Virus record (IMG/VR): IMGVR_UViG_3300032307_000830
Coordinates: 526 to 64,525 of that record
DNA from: a virus
Taxonomy: Duplodnaviria; Caudoviricetes
DNA length: 64,000 bases
Strand: one strand, 5' to 3'
The notes under the pieces are model-generated. The model worked only from the letters and a program-made list of their open reading frames with translations. It searched no databases and was not told where the DNA came from. Each line of letters opens with the position of its first letter. The first letter of the stretch is position 1. A program made the position numbers and the translations under genes. Of the stretch, positions 37,858-46,167 are shown piece after piece.

Positions 37858-38479
37858 CTAGATCGACTTTTGTGTCAACGTCTGTAACATCATTAATTTT
37901 TAAAAAAAATGTTTCATTGTTATATAAATTATTATTAAGTTCATTAAAGTAACTAACATTAAATATAGCTATATAGTGAGAAATTTCAAATAATAATGGA
38001 TAATCTTGCCTTCTATATAGATTATGTTCAATTAATTGCTTACCCATGTTATTTCCCAGATCAAACATATATAGATACGGGTGCGTACCCTTTATCTCTT
38101 TTTTACATAAAAGAGAATTACTGGAACTCTCAACAAAAGCGTTATAAGCTCTTTCAACGTCATTCCAAGTCCTCTCTGGATATGTGAGATAAAGCATTAT
38201 AACCAGAGACTTTTCATCAATATCACCATTATCGATATGGTACTGCACCACATCTTTTGTACTAGTTTCATCTTTAGCTAAATTATCTGGTCTAATGGAT
38301 ACACTCAACCCCATTAATTTAGCTTTTTCGATTAAAACCTCATCGTCTGTTGAAATCAAGACTTTGCTAAGTAATTCATTAGGGATGATGTTAATCGTAT
38401 TATCAAATAGGATTCTATTTTTAAACGGCAAACCTTTTGAGTTCCTTCTTGCTGGGATTAGTATGGTTAGATTATCCAT
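37832..38479 (-). CDS. neuA: CMP-nonulosonate (acylneuraminate) cytidylyltransferase
   Basis: IPARRNSKGLPFKN, ISTDDE, RPDNLAKD, RRQD, DVDT..D. Confidence 0.9.
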   Translation of the reverse strand: MDNLTILIPARRNSKGLPFKNRILFDNTINIIPNELLSKVLISTDDEVLIEKAKLMGLSVSIRPDNLAKDETSTKDVVQYHIDNGDIDEKSLVIMLYLTYPERTWNDVERAYNAFVESSSNSLLCKKEIKGTHPYLYMFDLGNNMGKQLIEHNLYRRQDYPLLFEISHYIAIFNVSYFNELNNNLYNNETFFLKINDVTDVDTKVDLDGVFLKEK

Positions 38480-39005
38480 TAACCAATAATTTAACTTTAC
38501 CGTCTCTTATTAATTCACTAACTAAGGATTCCTCAATATTGGGTGCATGACCTCTCATTACCGAGTCATCTTCATAGTAGTGCACACCGTTTTTAAAAAA
38601 ATCAAAACCATGTATCTTTACGGTATAACCCTCTTCAATAAAATAAAATATCATTACAAGACCAGTTGTGGCCCATGAATTGTTTTTATTAATGAGTTTA
38701 TTAATTTTATTATAAAAACTAAGTGGTATTATGGTATACCCATTTTCAATTAGTTCGTTAATTTTTTGGGTATTTGGTGCCGCTACACTAGGGTAAGCGA
38801 AAAATTTTTGATCAAACTTAACATTGTTATGTTTATTTGACATCACCGTTTTAACCCAGTAATTAGTTTTTTTACCCACAAATTTTTCAAAAGATTCGGT
38901 TTCAAAATTATTAAACCTAACAACAATATCATGTGAATCAATTAATTCACCGTATTCATTATTTAGACAAGAAGGTCCGTTACCGATTAATAAGATTTCC
39001 CTCAT
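38472..39005 (-). CDS. GT29-family sialyltransferase
   Basis: Sialylmotif L (IGNGPS...GELIDSHDIVVRFNN...VGKKT), S (ATTGL...IHGFDF), III (HYYE) and VS (HAPNIE). Confidence 0.85.
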   Translation of the reverse strand: MREILLIGNGPSCLNNEYGELIDSHDIVVRFNNFETESFEKFVGKKTNYWVKTVMSNKHNNVKFDQKFFAYPSVAAPNTQKINELIENGYTIIPLSFYNKINKLINKNNSWATTGLVMIFYFIEEGYTVKIHGFDFFKNGVHYYEDDSVMRGHAPNIEESLVSELIRDGKVKLLVNG

Positions 39006-40435
39006 AAAACTTTTTTAATTTTACCTAACTCGGAAATAAACATCTCCTCATGTTTTTCTGGTGAAAAGTCATATTGGTAACCCAAAGCTCTATCACGATT
39101 AAATTTACTTAACCTATTGTGGTAGGCTTTCATTTTCTCTAAAAAATAGTTTAATCCTATTTTTTTTAAGTGTAATAATTTAATCGGTTTATCATAAAAA
39201 ACCACATTACCTTGTGGTGCCGCAACATGACAACCAAAGTTATAGTTTATTTCATTAATCTCTTTTGGTTTGAACATACAAAACTTATTAAAGTGGTTGT
39301 GTTCGTAACCATGTGTTACATCACTAAGTATAGAACCAGATTTTGTTAAATCAAAATCCTTAATCATCATTTCAAAACCAGTTGGTTTTATAATGGTCGC
39401 GTTACTTTCCTTAAAATCTTTTAAATATTGACCCAGATTATCGGCGTAAAGAAATTCATCCATGTCACACACAATAACGATATCAGCGTTTTTAGATTGC
39501 TTCCAACCATTATTTTTGATTACTAAGTATGCGTCATCTCTAATTTCACCGTTTGTGTCATACGATATAATCTTTACTTTAGGGTGTTTTCTTAATATAC
39601 TAAGGCTACCATCAGTTGACTTATTATCGTAAACGACTATGTTGCTAACAAAATTCTCATAGTGTCTTAGGAAATGTGGTATTATTTTCTCCTCATTCCA
39701 ACATAAAACATGTATATCAACATTTGGTAAGGTTTGGTCAAAAATTATATGTTCATTCTCTTTATCAACACAAACTGGTAAGTATTCAGAGTAAAGCTCC
39801 TCAAATAAATTTTTATTAGACTCCCATTTTTCATTTGTTAAACCAACGGATTTATGTATTATTTCGATATTAGACATAACACCTATATCAACACCTTCTA
39901 AATAGTTTTCCACGCAAAAAGGTATGTCATAAAAATGGAACCCTTCGAATCTTTGATCGAACCCAAGAACAATCCTACGTCTGTCAACAGCCATAAACAC
40001 ACCGTCAACCGCAACGACTTGTTTTAGTTGGTTACCGTAGCTATCAGAATACTTATTTTCCCATATCCTGGTACCATCTGTATGTTTAACGCGTCCATGC
40101 ATCGCCTTTCTAATTCTCCACCACATACCGTCAACCATATGTGTTGTACCAGCGAGACCCAAAATACCGTATTCTTGGTGTCGATTAAAAGCTTTTATAA
40201 CCTTTTCACCCCAATTTTTAGTATTAAAAATAATATCGTCATGGCAGAAAACAATAATATCACTTTCAGCTTCCTTTAAACCTTTGTTATAGACTTCCGC
40301 TAGAGAATATTCGCCGTTATTTTCATACGGTAAAACCTCTACACCTTTATGTAGACAAGTTTTTTTTAAATGCTCAACAAAGTTGTCGTCTATTTTTCTG
40401 GTTGAAAAAACGATACTAATTTTAATATTACTCAT
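39002..40435 (-). CDS. Two-domain GT-A glycosyltransferase
   Basis: YNKGL..A..DIIVFCHDD, VDGVF and FHFYD in the first domain. WNEEKIIP, YDNKSTDGS and CDMDEF in the second. Confidence 0.85.
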   Translation of the reverse strand: MSNIKISIVFSTRKIDDNFVEHLKKTCLHKGVEVLPYENNGEYSLAEVYNKGLKEAESDIIVFCHDDIIFNTKNWGEKVIKAFNRHQEYGILGLAGTTHMVDGMWWRIRKAMHGRVKHTDGTRIWENKYSDSYGNQLKQVVAVDGVFMAVDRRRIVLGFDQRFEGFHFYDIPFCVENYLEGVDIGVMSNIEIIHKSVGLTNEKWESNKNLFEELYSEYLPVCVDKENEHIIFDQTLPNVDIHVLCWNEEKIIPHFLRHYENFVSNIVVYDNKSTDGSLSILRKHPKVKIISYDTNGEIRDDAYLVIKNNGWKQSKNADIVIVCDMDEFLYADNLGQYLKDFKESNATIIKPTGFEMMIKDFDLTKSGSILSDVTHGYEHNHFNKFCMFKPKEINEINYNFGCHVAAPQGNVVFYDKPIKLLHLKKIGLNYFLEKMKAYHNRLSKFNRDRALGYQYDFSPEKHEEMFISELGKIKKVL

Positions 40436-40733
40436 ACTCTTCTTCTACGATTAAAGGTCTTTCTAATGTATCACCTTTATATTTTAATACGGGTATTATA
40501 CCCTTTATCTTTTGAATGAAGGTGAATTCGTTACCCACTTCATTCAATTCGCGCTCAATAAACGTGGCTAGTTTATAATCTTCAGAATTCATGGGGTAGA
40601 CAAAGGCATATAAAACTTTATCCCCAACCTGTATTCTTTTCCCAGACCACACCGTTTTATATTCTATGCGATCAAGAACATCTGGTGTAATCGCATTGTA
40701 AGCCCTTATCTGATCCTTAAATTCTTCTACCAT
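40428..40733 (-). CDS. Hypothetical protein
   Basis: 101-aa ORF coupled to both neighbours. Confidence 0.65.
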   Translation of the reverse strand: MVEEFKDQIRAYNAITPDVLDRIEYKTVWSGKRIQVGDKVLYAFVYPMNSEDYKLATFIERELNEVGNEFTFIQKIKGIIPVLKYKGDTLERPLIVEEEYE

Positions 40734-41314
40734 TATTTAACACCTGTTGAACCAAAACCGCCTGAACCTCTGTCAGATGAGGAGAGCGAATCGGTTTTTA
40801 TAAATTTAGTTTTATTCATTGTTTGAACACCAGCGATTACACCTTGAGCGATTCTATCACCATTATGGATATAAAAAGGTGCCGCTTTATCTGTATTATA
40901 CAATATAACACCAACTTCACCCCTATAACCAGAATCAACAGTACCAGGGCTATTTAAAACCATGATACCGTTCTTTAAAGCCAACCCGCTTCTAGATCTA
41001 ACCTGTAGTTCATAACCAGCTGGTATTTCAAAATACAAACCAGTAGGTATTAGAGCCCTATTACCAGGTTCAATTTCAATAGTTTTATCAACAAAAGCTC
41101 TTATATCAAAACCACTATCACCTTCCTTTTCGTAAGTTGGGTCTTGGTTATTAGATTTGTTAATAAACTTAACTTTTAATTTAACAACCCCACTACTTTG
41201 ATCAAACTCCCATCCACCCATTAAATCACTTGTTTGTTTTAGAATTTCATCCAATTCATTCTTTGTTTCATCATCAAAGAATTCACTCATGTCCAAATTT
41301 TGTAAGTTATCCAT
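40733..41314 (-). CDS. dut: Trimeric dUTPase
   Basis: SGFDIRA, IPTGL, RSRSGLA, GTVDSGYRGE, GDRIAQ, RGSGGFGSTG. Confidence 0.96.
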   Translation of the reverse strand: MDNLQNLDMSEFFDDETKNELDEILKQTSDLMGGWEFDQSSGVVKLKVKFINKSNNQDPTYEKEGDSGFDIRAFVDKTIEIEPGNRALIPTGLYFEIPAGYELQVRSRSGLALKNGIMVLNSPGTVDSGYRGEVGVILYNTDKAAPFYIHNGDRIAQGVIAGVQTMNKTKFIKTDSLSSSDRGSGGFGSTGVK

Positions 41315-41317
41315 ATT

Positions 41318-42541
41318 TTATATCAATGTTTTGTAAATTTCAGCCCTATCCTTTGTTACGTTATTCAAATTATAGGTGTCTTTAACCGTCTCATACAATT
41401 TTTCACCAAGATCTTTAACCAGATTAGGGTTATCGACTAATCTTTTAACATGTTGGCTCCATTGTTTATGGTTCTTACTAGGATCCACCAACAAAGCATT
41501 ACCAGCATCATTAAAACCACCACCCTTTTCAATAGCTGAAATTAAATCGATCGTGTAAGGTCCATAATTTTGTGCAATAATAGCTTTTTTATGGAAACCA
41601 GCCTCAATAATTTTCAGTTGTGATTTATATTTGTTGAAAGAATTTTCAGCCAATGGCGCTAAAGCTACATCAAATTCATTATAACCCTTAGCATACGACT
41701 CGATACTTTTTGTCCATATTCTTTTATACGGCATATTACTATCATCGTAAGTTAATTGTTGATCAAACTTTAACAAGTACTTTAAATAATCTGGGTATTT
41801 TTCCAGTAATCTAAAATTATCGGTGATAAAGACTTCATACATAAACCAACTTGTCTCGATTGGTTGCATTTGTCTCTCCATCCATTGGTTAGTCTCTTTG
41901 TTAAACATCTTAACCTTACCTCTGGTATCATAACCACAAAGAACAAACTGTACTTTATCAGCATATTCTCTCGCTCTTTGTGGAACACCTTTCAGTAGTT
42001 CAATATCTTTTATATGCGATGAACCACCAAGCCAGCCAAATCTAAGTCTGTTCGATTCTTTAGCGTTTGGTTTAAATTGTGGTTCGTTTGGATTTAACGC
42101 GTTAGGTAAAATAACACAATTTTTGTTATACTTTAAAACCTCTTTTTGTAAAATACTAGTTGTTACGGTAATTAAATCAGATTGTTTAATGACATTTATT
42201 ATCGTACCAGCAAAATTAGAGCTTTTAGCTTGATTATACATGCCGTGTGATGGATCTAAATTCCAGTGGTCATCTAAATCTATGATAACTTTACCACCAA
42301 AAGACTGTATTTTTTTAATAACTTCAACTGGGTTGAAGAAATTATTACCTGGAACTCTGTGGAAGAAGAACAATTGGAATTTTTTCAAATAAGCCTCGTC
42401 ATCGAAATTAATATCATGGTTAATTTCGACAAAAAAATCGGATCCGTGGTTATTTTGTAAGGTAACATGTGGATCAACACATCTATATTTACCAGACCCA
42501 GCGCGATCGTTAGGGTTTACTAGGATATTTATCTTGCTCAT
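41318..42541 (-). CDS. GT-B glycosyltransferase
   Basis: GSGKYRC..P, DLDDHW, LPNA, GWLGGSSH..D, DVALAPL..N.FN..KSQLKIIEAG. Confidence 0.85.
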   Translation of the reverse strand: MSKINILVNPNDRAGSGKYRCVDPHVTLQNNHGSDFFVEINHDINFDDEAYLKKFQLFFFHRVPGNNFFNPVEVIKKIQSFGGKVIIDLDDHWNLDPSHGMYNQAKSSNFAGTIINVIKQSDLITVTTSILQKEVLKYNKNCVILPNALNPNEPQFKPNAKESNRLRFGWLGGSSHIKDIELLKGVPQRAREYADKVQFVLCGYDTRGKVKMFNKETNQWMERQMQPIETSWFMYEVFITDNFRLLEKYPDYLKYLLKFDQQLTYDDSNMPYKRIWTKSIESYAKGYNEFDVALAPLAENSFNKYKSQLKIIEAGFHKKAIIAQNYGPYTIDLISAIEKGGGFNDAGNALLVDPSKNHKQWSQHVKRLVDNPNLVKDLGEKLYETVKDTYNLNNVTKDRAEIYKTLI

Positions 42542-42601
42542 TAAATTATATTTCTATAATAATAAGAAAATTAAAGCAAAAATCAAAATATAATGTAAAA
42601 T

Positions 42602-43351
42602 TTATTTTGGAACAACGACCCCTCGCCTACTTACAACATCTGAAGCCATTAAATTACCAAAATCAATAGACTTTGCAATATCCGTAGTTTCGAAATATTT
42701 TAATATAAAGGCAGATGTGAATGTATCCCCAGCACCACTAACATCAATCGTGTCTCTAGGGTTTTTTGATGGATAAACAATGCCGTCAAACTCAGCCCCA
42801 TGTTTACCTAAAGTGGTGATTATGTTTAATCCCTCAATATCGGATTTATTCTGTGAGTCTCGTTCACTTTTATTTAATTTAATAAAATCAAACTGCTTAA
42901 ATATGTTTGACATCTTTCTTTTACTATCCAAGATAGATATTTTGCTATAATAGGCTATTTTTGATATTACCTCATCACTCAAAAAACCTTTGTTATAGTC
43001 ACTAACAATGACAATATCGGATAAAAGTATCTTATTGATGATGGATTCTGTTAATACAAGCGGTGTTATGTAACCTTCACCCTCATCAACTCTAACAATC
43101 ATTTGATTACTTTTTTCATCAACAAATCTTGTTTTGGTTATTTCAGTTTCTTGTGTGATAAAATTTATTTCGCAAGTATTATTAATAGCTTTAAGGTTCT
43201 CAACAACATTACCAGCCATACCAGGATTTTCAACAACCCTAAATGGGTTTAATACAGGTACGGGTGCTTCTGGACAAAGTCTTGTAACGTCACCATAAAT
43301 AAATTTGTCAGTACACATTTCACCGATAACGGTCACTAATATCTTATCCAT
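42602..43351 (-). CDS. PfkB-family heptose-7-phosphate kinase (RfaE/HldE domain I, HldA-like)
   Basis: VIGE...D, RLCPEAPVPV, GMAGNV..N, KTRFV, SDYNKG, DVSGAGDTF. Likely start is MDKIL at 43351. Confidence 0.88.
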   Translation of the reverse strand: MDKILVTVIGEMCTDKFIYGDVTRLCPEAPVPVLNPFRVVENPGMAGNVVENLKAINNTCEINFITQETEITKTRFVDEKSNQMIVRVDEGEGYITPLVLTESIINKILLSDIVIVSDYNKGFLSDEVISKIAYYSKISILDSKRKMSNIFKQFDFIKLNKSERDSQNKSDIEGLNIITTLGKHGAEFDGIVYPSKNPRDTIDVSGAGDTFTSAFILKYFETTDIAKSIDFGNLMASDVVSRRGVVVPK

Positions 43352-43355
43352 ATCA

Positions 43356-43386
43356 CAAATATACAAAAAAAATGAGGGTAAACAAA
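43356..43386 (-). promoter_or_regulatory. Bacteroidota-type promoter (TTTG / TATATTTG, 19-nt spacer)
   Basis: CAAATATA at 43356-43363 and CAAA at 43383-43386. Confidence 0.6.
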
Positions 43387-43394
43387 CCCTCATT
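43365..43394 (-). terminator. Rho-independent terminator
   Basis: aatgagggt-aaacaa-accctcatt hairpin with A-tract. Confidence 0.75.
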
Positions 43395-43420
43395 ATTAAA
43401 AAATTTTATAGTAGTTAGTA

Positions 43421-43615
43421 TTATTTTTCTACTTCATTAACGATTTCGTCAAATTTACCAGATTTAGCGGCCTCAACAAAATCAGCAAATTGATTTTTTG
43501 TCCAAGTTGTTATACCTTCTGGTCCGTTCTTATCACCTAAAACAATTGCGTCTGATTGAACCTCAATTACTGGACAGCACTTATTTTTACAAAATTTAAT
43601 TACGTTGTTTTCCAT
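43421..43615 (-). CDS. DUF397-like small protein
   Basis: C...CC..IEV....IVLGDK.GP.G...WT..QF..FVEAAK.G.FD matches the DUF397 pattern CVEV...V.VRDSK.P.GP.L.F...W.AF...K.G.F. Confidence 0.6.
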   Translation of the reverse strand: MENNVIKFCKNKCCPVIEVQSDAIVLGDKNGPEGITTWTKNQFADFVEAAKSGKFDEIVNEVEK

Positions 43616-43619
43616 TTTT

Positions 43620-44231
43620 TTATTTCTTTGTTGTTTTGTTATTATTTTCTTTTAAAACATTCAATTTACCACCAAATACTTTATCACCGATTTTTATTTG
43701 GAAATTCTCATCGATGCTAGTTTTCTTAGCTTGTTCCTCAAGAACTGCCTCAACAGTTTTTTTAATGATGTACTCAATTAATTGTACATCCATTACTGGT
43801 TGTTGTGTTGGCTCTTGTTGTCTCTGAGTTGGTTTATCATATTGTTGTACAACTTCTTGAATTTGTTTCATTTTAGGTTGTGCCTGGGCAACTTTCTCCA
43901 TCAAACTATCCATACCAACTGGGACCGTTGGATCCACAATTGGGTTTTCGATAAAGGATTGTAATATTTCCTTAGGCATTTTAGATGTGCTTAAATTTTT
44001 CATAGTATTTTTAGGTGCGTTACCGCCAGCTGCTCTAGTTCTAGCAACCATGTCAGCTTCACTAAGATATTCTGGTTCACGTTCTGGTGCATCATCAGAA
44101 TACATAGCTCTGTTTATTTGTGGTTGTTGACTCATACTAGTTCCACCAGTATTAGCTTCAACCTTTTGCATTACCTGTCTAGCTTTGGCGATACCTTGTG
44201 CCAATATACTTGCTTTGTCTTGGTTATCCAT
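43620..44231 (-). CDS. Hypothetical protein
   Basis: 203 aa, Gln-rich. Confidence 0.7.
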   Translation of the reverse strand: MDNQDKASILAQGIAKARQVMQKVEANTGGTSMSQQPQINRAMYSDDAPEREPEYLSEADMVARTRAAGGNAPKNTMKNLSTSKMPKEILQSFIENPIVDPTVPVGMDSLMEKVAQAQPKMKQIQEVVQQYDKPTQRQQEPTQQPVMDVQLIEYIIKKTVEAVLEEQAKKTSIDENFQIKIGDKVFGGKLNVLKENNNKTTKK

Positions 44232-44781
44232 ATATTTTATATATCCATTTTAAAAATCCAGAACTATGAGTTTCATTAATTTCAACGCTTTCCTCATCCT
44301 CTGGTTTATTTTCTGGGGTCGGTGCCTTATAATTAGGATCTTTAAAGTTTGGGTCTTTTGGTCCAGCTGGTTTGCTAACATTTACAAATGAAATGGCTTT
44401 ATCACCATCCATCTTTCTATCAGAACCATCTGTTCTATAACCTGATTGGGGATCAAAAGTTTTAAGCTCCTTACCAGTTGAATCAAATAATATATCCACA
44501 GTCCCATCTTTAATCTCATCCACAAGAAATGTTTTCCACTTTTGGTTTGCCGTGTTAGTTACCCCAACTGTTTGGTATGCTCTAAGCATCCATTTACCAG
44601 TAGCCTTACTTTTACCTAAAGCAACTGGCTGTACACGTCTATAGTTTTGTTTAGTGTACTTTTTTTCGTTTGGGTCGCTAACTTTGACACCCCTATACCA
44701 AAATACGATCTCATATTTATTTTCGATCGCGTATCTTAGCATATTAAGCTTATCATCACCCGCGTTTTCAATTATAAGCAT
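44224..44781 (-). CDS. Standalone WYL-like domain protein
   Basis: AIENKYEIVFWY, RRVQPVALG, WMLRAYQ, WKTFLVDEI. Confidence 0.65.
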   Translation of the reverse strand: MLIIENAGDDKLNMLRYAIENKYEIVFWYRGVKVSDPNEKKYTKQNYRRVQPVALGKSKATGKWMLRAYQTVGVTNTANQKWKTFLVDEIKDGTVDILFDSTGKELKTFDPQSGYRTDGSDRKMDGDKAISFVNVSKPAGPKDPNFKDPNYKAPTPENKPEDEESVEINETHSSGFLKWIYKIYG

Positions 44782-44793
44782 ATAATTTTAAAA

Positions 44794-45060
44794 TTAAACA
44801 ACAGATGAGTCTGGATAAGTATTATTTTCTTTGTAGTTGTTAACAGCGATTAATTTAGATCTTTCTTCAACATCAGTTTTATTACCGATACTATCTTTAC
44901 CCTTTTCATCACCATCAGATAACGCATTTGGGTTTGTTGCGCTATATTCAAATGAGTTCGGTTTATACTCGTTAATTGGAATTAACTTACCATCTCTTTC
45001 TTGTGTAGCAACTTGTCTTAATTGTTCAGACGCTGGTACTTTTAAAATATTGTCAGCCAT
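44794..45060 (-). CDS. Hypothetical protein
   Basis: 88-aa ORF in an operon. Confidence 0.65.
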   Translation of the reverse strand: MADNILKVPASEQLRQVATQERDGKLIPINEYKPNSFEYSATNPNALSDGDEKGKDSIGNKTDVEERSKLIAVNNYKENNTYPDSSVV

Positions 45061-45062
45061 AA

Positions 45063-45560
45063 TTACATTTTATTTATTAAATTTTTTATTTTATTAACAC
45101 TCTCTAATAACGCACTATTTGTCATTAGATCGGGTGTATCCATTATCCTGTCATCTAAACTAGTATCAAAATCATCACCTTCAGAATCTTTTCTAAATTG
45201 GTTATCCATACCAGCATTAGTTCTAGCTACTTTATTACCATTTACACGAGTTCTTTCATTTTTTATTAACTCCTGTACCCATTTATTCATAACCTCACCA
45301 CCGTTAAGTTCATATTCAACTGGGTTAACATTATCTCTGTCAACATTATCAAAATAAGATTTGATCATAACTAGATTAACAAATGGTTGGTTAGGGTTAT
45401 TTAACAAGTGGTTAGCTCTTTTGTAACCTTTAACTGTTTTTTGGTCACCAAACTTATTTAATACGTTTTTTATATGATGCAAAACTTCCTCTGGTATATC
45501 GTATCGATTACCAATTAATTTAGCGTTTTCCTCATATAAGAAATTAGGTTCGTTAAACAT
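45063..45560 (-). CDS. Hypothetical protein
   Basis: 165-aa ORF in an operon. Confidence 0.7.
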   Translation of the reverse strand: MFNEPNFLYEENAKLIGNRYDIPEEVLHHIKNVLNKFGDQKTVKGYKRANHLLNNPNQPFVNLVMIKSYFDNVDRDNVNPVEYELNGGEVMNKWVQELIKNERTRVNGNKVARTNAGMDNQFRKDSEGDDFDTSLDDRIMDTPDLMTNSALLESVNKIKNLINKM

Positions 45561-46122
45561 TGTTTAATGATTTTTCAAAATATGATAACAAAACCTTTTT
45601 TTCAGCCTCGTTCATGTTTTCGTTGAAAAACTCGATTAATTGGTCAAATTTGCCCAATATTAGGTTTTCTTTATCTTTAATTTCTTCGATTGTCGGTAAC
45701 TCTTTAGGCATTAACCTATCACCCTCGTTTTTTCTAGACAGAAGATCTTCTAACATTTTAAAAGCTCTTTCTTTAGCAACTTTTTTTAACTCTTCCTTAG
45801 GATTAGCTGGTTTTACATCTTTCATTCTAGGCTTTGCCTCTAGAAAATAATCTTCAAAAGTGTGTTCCATACCCTTTTCATAGAGATATTCATAAAACTT
45901 TTTAGGGTTATCCTTATGTTTATCAGCCTCTTTGTTAAAAGGTAGGGTTGCTTCACCGTAATATCTCCTATAATTCTGAAAAACAAATGGTTGTCTTGTT
46001 TTCAAAATAGTGGCATCGGTTGTATCGTGAGTTGTCGCGGTATAATCAATATATTTTTTGTCACCTTTGATTATATCACCGTCAGAATCAATAAACTCCT
46101 TAATATTTTTATTACTTTCCAT
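45553..46122 (-). CDS. Hypothetical protein
   Basis: 189-aa ORF; TATTTAT at 46137-46143. Confidence 0.7.
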   Translation of the reverse strand: MESNKNIKEFIDSDGDIIKGDKKYIDYTATTHDTTDATILKTRQPFVFQNYRRYYGEATLPFNKEADKHKDNPKKFYEYLYEKGMEHTFEDYFLEAKPRMKDVKPANPKEELKKVAKERAFKMLEDLLSRKNEGDRLMPKELPTIEEIKDKENLILGKFDQLIEFFNENMNEAEKKVLLSYFEKSLNNV

Positions 46123-46167
46123 TCGATATTTTATCTATAAATATCGGTGATTTAAGTAATATTTCAA

